A stretch of 61,252 nt of DNA, counting the filler, from Chiloscyllium plagiosum (taxonomy: Eukaryota): NCBI RefSeq assembly GCF_004010195.1. It is 3 parts of one record of this genome, joined end to end, with 100 filler letters (N's around TTAATTAATTAA, not from the genome) between each part and the next. Parts side by side here need not be neighbours in the genome. Positions count along the whole stretch, not along the records: positions 19,339 to 47,213 come from NC_057715.1; positions 47,314 to 61,252 come from NC_057715.1; 1 more part is not named here. One strand, written 5' to 3'. The notes under the pieces are model-generated. The model was not told the DNA's origin and did not search any database. It saw only the letters and a program-made list of their open reading frames with translations. Below are positions 38,221-49,947 of this stretch, in pieces. Every line of letters begins with the position of its first letter. Position 1 is the first letter of the stretch. Position numbers and translations under genes: made by a program.

Positions 38221-41200
38221 GTGAATAAACTTTCATTTCTATATAGCGTCATCATTTTTTCAGAATCTTACAACGCAGTTCATGAGCAACAAATCTATCT
38301 GTTCCTTTCTTGATAAAAATATCAATATGAGACTCTGTACACCAGATGTTCATTTTGAAATGCTGCTATGTTTCTGTGGTAGGCAAGCAAGATCCGGGAA
38401 GATCACAGCAAGCCAGGCAGCATCAGGGTAGTGAGGTGGTGGTAGGTGAACACAGGTACAGTGTATGACCCGATGGTCAACCAGGTTGTACTGTCTACCT
38501 GTGTTCACCCATCCCTTCCTCACCACCCTGCAATCCCATCCCCTTTATCTGCAGCTCCCTTACACCTACCCCCAGTCCTGAAGAAGGGTTATATCCAAAA
38601 CGTCAACTTCTCTACCTCCTCATGCTGCCTGGCTTGCTGTGTTTTTCCAGCCTCTTGCTTGTCTACCTTGGATTTCAGCATCTGCAGTTTTTGTGTCTCT
38701 AACCCAGTTATGTTTCTGTGAGAGGATATGTCAGGCAGTTGTTCAGGACAAAGCTCCACAGACAGCAGACAGAATTTAGGAATTGGAGGGCAAAGAAAGA
38801 GAACATTCGGCTAATTGAGTCTGCACCCAGTCTTTCAATGAACAATCCAGTTAGACCCACAACCCCGGTCTTTTGCCATATTCCTGTATACTTTATCTCC
38901 TTCAGGTATTTATCCAATTCCTCTTTGAAAGAAAATTCTGAACATTGTTAGCACTATTGTAGAGTGAGTGCTCTAAATCCTACCCCATATTGCATTTTGT
39001 CTTGTTCATGTCAGATTCTTTTGGAAGCCACCTTTAATTTGTGACTTTTGGTTAGAAGGCTTTCTAATGTAATATGTGATGAACGCAAAATTTTGCAAAG
39101 GCTTGTATTTCTGAGATCCCCATGTAAAATGAAGTCTGTAATGTAGAAGAGGGAAGTAATTGGATTTCTTGGTTACAACATCACTTCTGAGAAGTAAGAT
39201 TCTGGATGATTTGTGGTGGGGATGCCATCTCAAAGAAAGACTAATTAAAACTAATTGGGTTGGGGGATTGTCGCATTATAGCCTGTTGTGCTGTCGCAAC
39301 ATTCAGTGTGTTTGTGAAGAAGCAAGCAAAGCTCTGTACAAGAAGCTAAATTTTTGGTTTCACTGTAAGAAGAAAACACATCTCCAGATATTCTTGGTGA
39401 AGCAAAATGTAAGTGAGTTAAAGAGACTGAATCCTAAAAGCAAGGTGAATAACTCAGGTATGTTAAAGAGACGAGTGCTTCTATCGAAAGACCAGACAGG
39501 CAAGAGGGTGTTGCTGGTTTATTAGTTCAATAGGAGCCATGGACACTGCTTGATCAGGACTGACATGAACTGAGTGACAGAGGCTTCATAAACATGTACT
39601 TGTTTAATGTTAACCATAATCAGGTTCTCAGGGTTCTCAGATAGAATGGAACAGCTGGCAAAAGCAATCTAAGGGGCAAATCCATTGAGGAGGAAACATG
39701 TGAAATCACATTTACCAAAGGCTGAGCTGGAAAGATTGAGAAAGCAAGTTGTGCCACATTGCTGTATTGAGTGATATAAGTGTTTGTAATTTAGTGAGGT
39801 ATATCTCATTGTATTGATTATTTAAAGTGGAATTAATCTTTTTGAGTGGAATACAATTTGTCTGTTAAACCATGTATAATTTTATATTGATATTGGTTGC
39901 AGCAAAAGTATTGAAAAGTTTGATTTTCTCCATTAATTCCATCTAATTTTTCAGGGTGGGAGGTAGTTATTTTCTTTATCATTATTGGTGTGCTTTGGAA
40001 TTGTTAAAAAAAACAAATAATCTGTTGTAGCATTGGCTGAGGAAGGAAAGCTGGTCTGGACACCTAACACTTGTCACAAGTTTGAGAAATAAATTATGCC
40101 AAACATTACAAAGTCATGAACTGGATGAGAAAATGGTCAAAACTCTACATGATACATATCTTTCAAAGAAACATCTATGCATGGATCTGATTAAATCTGA
40201 ATTATTATAGATTGAGGAACAAGATAAATCTATTCTTGTCTTGTAGATTAATGTTGGGTGCAATTATGAATATCTTTTTAGATTATTTATACATAGCTGT
40301 TAAAGGCTTTTCCTGTAAAACCTGAGATTTATGGTTCTGACTCTCAAATGTTTGGCATTATTGAATGCTTGCAGTACAAGAGACCATTCAGCCCATCGTG
40401 GCTTGTGCTGTTACTTTGCAAGAGCAGTAACGTAAGCTTCATTTTCATACCTCGTTGTACATTGCGTTTTTGCTTATTTTCAACATTTTCTTCAGAAGAT
40501 CTGTGATTGCTGATAATTTGTAACTCCAAAATAAGTAAACCAACACAAAGAGTGGAATTTTCAAGGCTTGAATAAAGATTTTAGAAGGTTGGCTGTGTGA
40601 GGGAGCTTAATGAGCAAGAGGCAACATTTCTGTTTGTGAGTGATGGTTAAATCTTTAGTATTAGGTACTCAGAAACGTTTAGGTGGGTCAGTTTCCTGAA
40701 TTTCATGGTCAGGAACCAGTTTGCATTCAGTCAACTGTCTTGAATCTTGATTAATATCCCAGCCCATTGGAATCATGTCGATGGGAGCAATTTTGTTAGC
40801 TACAACAGAGAAACATTTCATAAACTCATTTACATGTACAACTTTCTAGAGGAGTAGACAGCTTCTCCCCAGCTCCAGTGAGTAAAATTAACCTATAACT
40901 TGTCTCCTTTAGAAACAAGCTATTATTCCACTGCACAAATGCTTTTAATGTTAGTGGCAAAGACTTTTTGACATTCAGCTTGTCATGAGAAGGGCATATT
41001 GATGCACACTCGTGATCTTTGTATTTAAAAACAACTTCCAGTGTGAATGGTCAAGGCTTTCCATATTCAATTGATTATAAGGAGACACAATCAAACTCCG
41101 TCTGGTGAGTTGCAGTAGGATTATTACAGTGTTAAGATTGAAGGCCCATGAGCTTCCACTAATGATGCAGTTATATTAGCTCAGAAAAATAAATCTGCCT

Positions 41201-42069
41201 AGGGCAGACAAGCACGTGTTATTTAAAAGAGAGATACATTTAAACAGAGCATTTACTTAAATGGGGGAATGACCTATAAGGGGTATCAATAATAAAAAAA
41301 AAGGTTCACAGATAGGTGAACTGGGCACAAAGGAAAGGACAGCAACATCAGAGGCTTGATTGTCAGGAGACAGTGAAAGGATCCTGGGAAATGGAGGCAG
41401 CACACTTGGATTGAAAGTGGAGATTTAAATTAATAGAGGCAAAGGTAACAATGATATTAAGACGTGGTGTTACTTAGTGTGCTGAGGAGGGGGATAGGAT
41501 CATAGAACTGAATGAGCAGTAGTGATTTAAGGGTGAGGCTGGGTATTGGGTATGAGGAAAGAGCAAGAATGCCAGGCAAAATGCTAAAAGGGCTTATATT
41601 TTAAAAAGGGGCAGGGAAAAAGGACAGAGGTGACATAAGGGGAAACAACAAGGCCATCTCCAGAAATGGGGGGACATTGTACTTAGTAGAATGAAGGTTG
41701 AGGTAGAAATAATCAGAAGTAAAGTCTACCACCTCAATCTCAAATTCCAGGGGAGGAAATCTGACATATCAGAGTCCAAACAGAAAGTGACGTAGATGTG
41801 TTTTCATGTGCTATTTATTTTGTATATTTGAGTTAATTGGTTTATTTTAGTTATTAACTGGAGAGATTTATTTTTTAGAGTCTAGATTAGAGTAGTGCTG
41901 GAAAAGCACAGCAGGTTTCCAGCATCTGCAGTCCTTGTTTTCACCTAGATTTATTTTTTATTTCAATTAAATCTTTGATTATTTTATACATTTTATCATT
42001 CAGAGACATCAGCATTTCTGTAAATAATTTTGACTGATTAATCTGAAAATTAGTGTTTCTTTAGAAGTA

Positions 42070-42227
42070 CAGAACAACTTCGGTTATCCGGATATCAATT
42101 ATCCAAATTTTGGATTATCTGAACAAGATCTCAACATCACATAAACAGTTTATCTGTTATCCAAACAATCAATTATCCGAACAAAATACTCCCCACCTGT
42201 CTCATTCAGATAATCGAGGTTATTCTG
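42070..42227. mobile_element. Tc1/mariner (Tigger/pogo-like) MITE
   Basis: TA|cagaacaacttcggttatcc ... agataatcgaggttattctg|TA: ~21-bp TIRs with a TA TSD. Confidence 0.8.
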
Positions 42228-42392
42228 TATTGCTCGCTATTGAACTTGATCTTCAAACCTGTCCAATGTATGTTGCTAATTGTTAAATGGCAGTGAGGAT
42301 ACAATTAGGGTCTTTCTAGGTTGGACATCATCACAAAGTGATTCCAAAACTTGTCTCTCAATGCTTTTTAAATTTCCTGATAATTATGTCTA

Positions 42393-43491
42393 AACATAAG
42401 TCAGGAGGCATGGGATAGAGGGAAATTTGGCCAATTGGATAGAAAACTGGCTAACCGGTCGAAGGCAGAGAGTGGTAGTAGATGGTAAATATTCAGCCTG
42501 GAGCCCAGTTACAAGTGGAGTTCCGCAGGGATCAGTTCTGGGTCCTCTGCTGTTTGTAATTTTTATTAATGACTTAGATGAGGGAGTCGAAGGGTGGGTC
42601 AGTAAATTTGCAGATGATACGAAGATAGGTGGAGTTGTGGACAGTGAGGAGGCTGTTGTCGGCTGCAGAGGGACTTAGATATGATGCAGAGCTGGGCTGA
42701 GGAGTGGCAGATGGAGTTCAACCCTGCCAAGTGTGAGGTTGTCCATTTTGGAAGAACAAATAAGAATGCGGAATACAGGGTTAATGGTAGGGTTCTTAGT
42801 CAGGTGGAGCAACAGAGGGATCTTGGGGTCTATGTACATAGATCTTTGAAGGTTGCCACTCAGGTGGATAGAGTTTGTAAGAAGGCCTATGGAGTATTAT
42901 CGTTCATTAGCAGAGGGATTGAATTCAAGAGTCGTGAAGTGATGTTGCAGCTGTACAGGACTTTGGTTAGGCCACAGTTGGAGTACTGTGTGCAGTTCTG
43001 GTCGCCTCACTATAGGAAAGATGTGGAAGCTTTGGAGAGGGTGCAGAGAAGATTTACCAGGATGTTGCCTGGAATGGAGAGAAAGTCGTACGAGGATAGG
43101 TTGAGAGTTCTCGGCCTTTTCTCGTTGGAACGGCGAAGGATGAGGGGTGACTTGATAGGGGTTTATAAGATGATCAGAGGAATAGATAGAGTAGACAGTC
43201 AGAAACTTTTTCCCCGGGTACAACAGAGTGTTACAAGGGGACATAAATTTAAGGTGAAGGGTGGAAGGTATAGGGGAGATGTCAGGGGTGGGTTCTTTAC
43301 CCAGAGAGTGGTGGGGTATGGAATGCGCTGCCCGTGGGAGTGGTAGAGTCGGAATCATTGGCGACCTTTAAGCGGCATTTGGATAGGTACATGGATGGGT
43401 ACTTAATCTAGGTTAGAAGTTCGGCACAACATCGTGGGCCGAAGGGCCTATTCTGTGCTGTATTGTTCTATGTTCTATATTCTATGTTCTA
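42393..43491 (+). mobile_element. Young 5'-truncated CR1 LINE (RT domain and 3' UTR)
   Basis: [41 protein letters not shown] and FNPAKC, with one or two frameshifts; (ttctatg)n tail. Confidence 0.95.
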
Positions 43492-43699
43492 TTTGTACTA
43501 ACTATGACCTTGGATATGCATGTTCCTAGTTAGCACCTTTCTGTGCCATTGCAATAAGGGAAATACATATTCTGATTCCTCAAACATGGCAAAATACTGA
43601 AGAATGTGAAAATTTATATCCCAGATAACACATTGAAAATGCTTATGTTACGAGTAGGCTCAGAGTCATTGAGCTGTTTGACAATTAATAGATTAAATG

Positions 43700-43915
43700 A
43701 AAACCGAAAGAACTGCGGATGCTAGAAATTAGAAACAAAAAGGAAAATCACTGGAAAAGCTCAGCAGGTTTGGCAGCATCTATGCAGAGAAATCAGAGTT
43801 CAGGTTTCAGGTCCACTGACCCTTCTTCAGAATACCTTTGATTCAGAAAACTCCAATTTCTCTCCACAGATGATTCCAGACTTGCTGAGCTTTTGCAGCA
43901 AATTTTGTTTTGTCA
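43700..43915. mobile_element. Inverted pair of PLE-type pLTR fragments
   Basis: aaaagctcagcaggtttggcagcatctatgcagagaaa versus tttctctccacagatgattccagacttgctgagctttt. Minus-strand CTGAAGA-agggtc..gacct-GAAA. A similar pair lies at ~17885-18070. Confidence 0.55.
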
Positions 43916-45584
43916 TGATTTATAGACTTTGACTCAGAGTTTGCTAAATTGGATTTCCTCAAACTGGATTGGATAGACAGGATTGCTGATCCAACATGCA
44001 GCAATGCCGGAAAAGCATAAAATTCCTTCAATTACATATAGGGAAGCTGGTGTTTTAATTCCCACTCCAAATTCCATCCCTTAACTACCAACTTCATCAC
44101 TTTCCCTGGCAACAGTCCAACAGGAAGACAGTTTGTTTGTCACTTTGATGTCGCATTTGATTTGAGAGGAACTTTCAATCTCATATTTGTGTCACCACTG
44201 AGGGTGCCTATTTTTAGTTCCATTACTTGACTTTGTCCATGTCTTACCTTATCTACTATTTAAACCTCATCAATGTCTTCAGTACCTCCAAACTCACCTA
44301 CTCCAAAGCACATCTGACTGGTCTTCCACATCTGGTCTATAAGCTTGTGTTTACCCAACCCTCCTCTTCAACAAAGCTTTATGTGTTGTGCCCTAATATC
44401 TCATGATGTGACTCAATGCAAGAACTTAAGAAAATAGGAATAGGAGATCATTTGTCTCTTGATTACACTGGAGCTACCATATTTCACATGCTAAAGACAC
44501 AACACATCATCTGTTCTGCTATCTTTATTGCATTTTGTTTAACAAATTAGGATCTCCTATTTAGAATTACCATTCAATTAAAGTTTTTACTTACATTAAA
44601 TGGATTAACTGGGTAGACTATAAAATGAGTACAGCACTAAAATTTCCCCAATACATTTTGAAATACTGCCCAAATTAGAGAAAGAAGGGAACATTAAAAA
44701 TTAGCAATTGCTTATCTCCAGAATGCCTCCAGATTTCAGCAATCAGGCCTTGTTGTCTCCCATTTTGTCTCTCACAGAGCTCCCTATTCTGTGAAAGATC
44801 AGAGCAGCACCTCCTTCCTCTTAGTTCTATATTTCCTCACTCAAACTCACAAGTTCTGCTTTCCACAATGACTGCCATGGTTATGTTCCCAAAATTGTCA
44901 TGGACAGATGCATGTGTGTCAAGCAAATTACTGAGGATGAAGTCAAGTATGGTTTTCCCTGTTGTTGGTTTCCACACCACCTGCTACAGACACAGTCTAG
45001 CAACTATGTCCTTCAGGAATGAACCAGCTGGGTCAGTAGTGCTGCTGCCAATAACTAGGAAACTAGATATCTAAGATGATTTGTAGAACAATATAAATGA
45101 CCCTAACAACAATTTCTGGCATTAATAGGTTGAAAAAGGCATATTTTCAATCAAAGACATTTGTCGAACAGGATAGTTGTATTGCTAAAATCCTTGCGAT
45201 CTTGAGCACAAGCCAGTTAAAGATGGTAGGTAGTCAATTACCAGTGGAATAAAATGAAATCCCTTAGGAGTGTGGACTGATCATCTAGGACAAAATCTAC
45301 TTCAGAGTAGGTAGATGAGAGAATAATTCATTTTGACTCATCACCCCATGATCAGCATGGAACTGGCAAAACTCAGGTTGGAGCTCTCAAGATTAGAGAG
45401 AGAAAGTGGAGAGAGAGAGAGAGGGAGGGAGAGGGAGAGAGAGAAGGCTAAGGCTTCTCAACCCTGAAAATTATACATGGGGTTACAAACTCAAGGAGAA
45501 ACTAGATGAATGGAAGCTATGAGGGAAAGCACCTCTTCACCCTGGAACAGTCCAAATCCCTCTCACAGAAAAAAGACACAAGAT

Positions 45585-47213
45585 TACATATTGGCACTAA
45601 TGATATAGCCAGGAAAAGGATTGAAGATATAAAAAGTGATTTCAGGGAGTTAGGATGGAAGCTGCAAAGCAGGACTAACAGAGTAGTGTTCTCTAGTTTA
45701 CTACCGGTGCCACGAGATAGCGAGGCGAGGAACAGGGAGTGGGCGCAGCTTAATACGTGGCTGCGCAGCTGGTGTAGGAGGGAGGGATTCAGATATGTAG
45801 ATAATTGGGAGGCCTTCTGGGGAAGGTGGGACCTGTACAAGAAGGACGGGTTACATCTGAACTGGAAAAGGACCAATGTCCTGGGTGGAAGGTTTGCTTG
45901 AGTGGTTCGAGAGGGTTTAAACTAGTATGGCAGGGGGGTGGGAACCTGAGCTGTATACCGGAGGTGAGAGTTGATGCAGATGAGGCAAAAGCAAGAGGTA
46001 GACCAGCTAGTGGGAAGGATTTTCCTGGCAAGGAACCAAGGTATCAGTTAAATTGTGTTTGCTTTAATGCAAGGAGTATCAGGAATAAAAGTGATGAACT
46101 TAGAGCATGGATCAGTACCTGGTGCTATGATCTTGTGGCCATAACAGAGACATGGGTTTCTCAGGGGCAGGAATGGTTGCTGGATGTTCCAGGGTTTAGA
46201 GCATTTAAAAAGAACATGGACGGGGGGAAAAGAGGTGGGGGTGTAGCACTACTAATCAGAGAGGGTATCACAGCTACAGAAGCTTCCATTGTCGAGGAAG
46301 ATCTGCCTACCGAGTCAGTATGGGTAGAAATTAGGAACAGCAGGGGAGCAGTCACCTCTTTAGGGGTTTACTACAGGCCCCCCAATAGCAGCAGGGAGAT
46401 GGAAGAAAAAAGTGTGGATGTAGTAGGGTTGTTGTAATGGGTGACTTTAACTTTCCCAATATTGATTGGAAACCTCCTTCGAGCAGAAGATTTGAATGGA
46501 GCTGTTTTTGTAAGGTGTGTTCAGGAGAGTTTCCTAACTCAGTACGTTGACAGGCCGACGAGGGGAGAGGCCATTCTAGACTTATTGCTCGGAAACGAGC
46601 CGGGGCAGGTATCAGATCTTGTGGTGGGACAGCATTTTGGTGATAGTGACCACAACTGCCTCACATTCTGCATAGCTATGGAGAAGGAGTGGATTAGGCA
46701 AAATGGGAGGATATTTAATTGGGGAAGAGGAAACAATGATGCGATTAGACATGAGTTAGGAAGCATGGATTGGGAGCAATTGTTCCATGGTAAAGACACT
46801 ATAGACATGTGGAGACTGTTTAAGAAACAGTTGTAGCAAGTGATGAATAAATATGTCCCTCTGAGACAGGCAAGAAGTGGTAAGAAAAAGGAACCTTGGA
46901 TGACGAGAGCGGTGGAGCTTCTCGTCAAAAGGAAAAAGGTAGCTACGTAAGGTGGAGGAAGCTAGGGTCAAACTCAGCTCAACAGGATTACAGGCAGGTG
47001 AGGAAGGAGCTCAAAAATGGTCTTAGGAGAGCCAGGAGGGGGCACGAGAAAGGCTTGGCAGAATGGATTAGGAAGAACACAAAGGCATTTTACACTTATG
47101 TGAGGAATAAGAAAATGGACAAAGAAAGAGTAGGGCCGATCAGGGATAGCATAGGGAATTTGTGTGTGGAGTCTGAGGAGGTAGGGGAAGCCCTAAATGA
47201 GTTTTTTGCTTCT
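45585..47213 (+). mobile_element. CR1 LINE: ORF1 SGNH-esterase C-terminus and ORF2 APE endonuclease, cut by a gap
   Basis: ORF1 motifs HIGTND and DGLHLN. ORF2 motifs NARSI, ITETW, GGGVA, YRPP, GDFN, LDL, SDH and LNEFFAS. Confidence 0.92.
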
Positions 47214-47312
47214 NNNNNNNNNNNNNNNNNNNNNNNNNNNNNNNNNNNNNNNNNNNNTTAATTAATTAANNNNNNNNNNNNNNNNNNNNNNNNNNNNNNN
47301 NNNNNNNNNNNN
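47214..47312. other. Assembly gap with artificial TTAATTAATTAA linker
   Basis: Same N-linker-N layout as 19239-19338. Confidence 0.95.
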
Positions 47313-48528
47313 NTGGTTGGTATGGCGGGAAAGGAAGAAGCGGAGGGCTTTGAGTCCTTTGTGATGGGGGATGGAGGTGTACAAGGAAGATAAGCCGTTG
47401 GGGACAGGGGAAGCGAAAATCATGGAGGTGGTGGAGGACGTTGGTGGTGTCCCGAACGTAGGTGGGGAGTTCTTGGACTAAGGGGGACAGGACCGGAGAT
47501 CGGGGCAGGGGCGGGGTTAGGCATGCAGATGGAGATCGCGTGGGGGCGGGGTTAGGCGTGCGAACAGAGATCGGCATGGGGGCAGGGTTAGGTGTGCGGA
47601 TGGAGATCGGCATGGGGGTGGGGTTAGGCATGGTGACGGAGATCGTCGTGGGGGCGGGGTTAGGCGTGGTGACGGAGATTGGCATGGAGGCAGAGACGCA
47701 TGCGGCATGGTCGTTGTGCAGGTGAGTGATGTCACTGGCGGCGGAAGTGGGAGTGGCTGCGGCGACGGCAACCCAGGGAGCGGAAGTGGCTGTGGCGACG
47801 GCAGAAACAGTGTTGTTCCCGATAGCCGTGGACCCCGCTGAGGCCGCAAATCTGTCGGCGATGGTCTTCCTGGTGATCGTGGAGGCGGTTGTCTGGGCGG
47901 TGATCGCGGAGGCTGCATGGTCGGTGGGGGCGGAAGTGACGTCATGGTTCACGGCGGCGGTTGCTGCCACGGGCGCTGCAGCGACCGCATGATTAATGGC
48001 GCCCGAGTGATTTCGGAGGCCGATGGAAGATTCTGGAACAGTTGAGGAACCCAGAGAGTGGGGGTAAGTACATGAAAGTTTTTGGTACTTATTATCTTTA
48101 ATTTCCGATATGGCTAGGAAGAACTGTTTGTTTAGTGTATGGATTCTTCTGAGGATGAAGAACAGTAGAAGTCCTTTGCAAGTCAGTGAGAGTGTTGTCC
48201 TGAGCTGGGGTAGGTCGAGTTGCAGGGAATGTAGGTAGCGGAGGATCCGGAAGGAGGTCTGTTGCTGGAAGCTTCGGATTTGTTGTAGGTACTGGTTGTC
48301 CTGGTTGGGTCCAAATTTTGTTGGTCTGAACATAGTCTGGAATCCATGCGGGGTCAGTCGGTTCCGTAGGCAGGTGCTGAGGAAGGAGATGTGGCTGTGG
48401 TAGCGAGTCTGTTTGAGTACGTGGCTGAAGAGTTTCTGGGCAGAGGAAATAACCTGGGGTGTGCAGTGAGAGAGGGACTCACTGAAATCCTTGTAGAGGG
48501 AGGAAGAGAGCTTCTTCAAGGAAGGCAT
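47313..48528 (-). mobile_element. PLE ORF N-terminal region (open ~400 aa), internally deleted and joined to RT sequence
   Basis: From ATG at 48528: MPSLKKLSS...RYHSHISFLSTCLRNRLTPHGF, then an Ala/Thr-rich linker, 12-aa repeats, and LSPLVQELPTYVRDTT (PLE RT). Confidence 0.7.
47494..47693. repeat. 36-bp G-rich minisatellite, ~5.5 copies
   Basis: Unit approximately ggagatcggcatgggggcggggttaggcgtgcggat; encodes MPISV(R/T)TPNPAP on the minus strand. Confidence 0.85.
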
Positions 48529-48584
48529 CTCCAAGAAAGGCTTCTTCAAGAAATGTTCCACAAGTAGGCGGCCTGTCTCCCCAA

Positions 48585-49297
48585 TATCAAAGACCACAAT
48601 TTCCCCCCAGACATGATCGACGATGCTCTCCACCGGATCTCCTCCACTTCCCGCTCCTCCGCCCTTGAGCCCCACCCCTCCAACCGCCACCAGGACGATT
48701 TCAGAGAACACCTCTGGGACACCCGGACCAACCAACCCAACCACCCCATGGCTCAACACTTCAACTCCCCCTCCCACTCCATCAAGGGCATGCAGGTCCT
48801 TAGACTCCTCCATCGCCAGACGATAGCAACATGACGGCTGGAGGAAGAGCGCCTCATCTTCCGCCTAGGAACCCTCCAACCTCAAGGGATGAACTCAGAT
48901 TTCTCCAGTTTCCTCACTTCCCCTCCCCCCACCTTGTCTCAGTCCCAACCCTCGAACTCAGCACCACCTTCCTAAGGTCAGTCAAATCCCTTGAACTCAG
49001 CACCGCCTTCCTAACCTGCAATCTTCTTCCTGACCTCTCCGCCCCCACCCCCACACCGGCCTATCACCCTCACCTTAACCTCCTTCCACCTATCGCATTT
49101 CCAACGCCCCTCCCCCAAGTCCCTCCTCCCTACCTTTTATCTTAGCCTGCTTGGCACACTTTCCTCATTCCTGAAGAAGGGCTCATGCCCGAAACATCGA
49201 TTCTCCTGCTCCTTGGATGCTGCCTGACCTGCTGTGCTTTTCCAGCAGCACAGTTTCAGCTCTGATCTCCAGCATCTGCAGTCCTCACTTTTTCCTA
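48585..49297 (+). mobile_element. PLE 3' part (GIY-YIG C-terminus and pLTR, hammerhead-like motif ~49168-49200)
   Basis: FREHLWDT...HFNSPSHS...LEEERLIFRLGTLQPQGMN; cattcctgaagaagggctcatgcccgaaacatcga. Confidence 0.85.
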
Positions 49298-49592
49298 AAC
49301 ATCACACAACACCAGGTTATAGTCCAATAGGTTTGTTTGGAAATACTAGCTTTCAGAGCGCTGCTGCTTCATTAGGTAATTAGTGGGGCAGGATTCTAAA
49401 AGATAAAAGACTTAATAGCAATCCAAGTTTGCTCAATATATTTTTTTAATTGTACGACACTGTGATCTATTGCAATAAATTCTGTGTCTTATGATCCTGC
49501 CTCACTCGTTACCTGATGAAGAAGCGACGTTTCGAAAGTTAGTGCTTCCAAATAAACCTGTTGGACTATAACCTGGTGTTGTGTGATTTTTA
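49297..49592. mobile_element. Third palindromic hammerhead-type unit, with ~125-bp spacer
   Basis: atcacacaacaccaggttatagtccaa...ttcattaggtaa / ttacctgatgaa...ttggactataacctggtgttgtgtgat. Confidence 0.75.
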
Positions 49593-49649
49593 GGAGAAAG
49601 TAAGGACTGCAGATGCTGGAGATCAGAGCTGAAACTGTGCTTCAGCTCT

Positions 49650-49947
49650 GTGGTTAGCACTGTTGCCTCACAGCACCAGAGACCCGGGTTCAATTCCCGC
49701 CTCAGGCGACTGACTGTGTGGAGTTTGCACGTTCTCCCCGTGTCTGCGTGGGTTTCCTCCGGGTGCTCCAGTTTCCTCCCACAGTCCAAAGATGTGCAGG
49801 TTAGGTGAATTGGCCATGCTAAATTGCCCGTAGTGTTAGGTAAGGGGTAAATGTAGGGGTATGGGTGGGTTGCGCTTCGGCGGGTTGGTGTGGACTTGTT
49901 GGGCCGAAGGGCCTGTTTTCACCTTGTAATCTAAAAAATCTAATCTA
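49650..49947 (+). mobile_element. HE1-like V-SINE
   Basis: tggttagcac...gggttcaattccc (B-box), V-domain gtgtggagtttgcacgttctccccgtgtctgcgtgggtttcctcc, and an (aatct)n tail. Confidence 0.9.

Noticed and set aside
45395..45445. (GA)n tracts (also ~2025-2050 and 36517-36542)
   Set aside because: Ordinary microsatellites.
47266..48813. 515-aa ORF as a novel gene
   Set aside because: It is a chimera of antisense PLE 3' sequence, the PLE N-terminus and an RT piece, and it runs into the gap.
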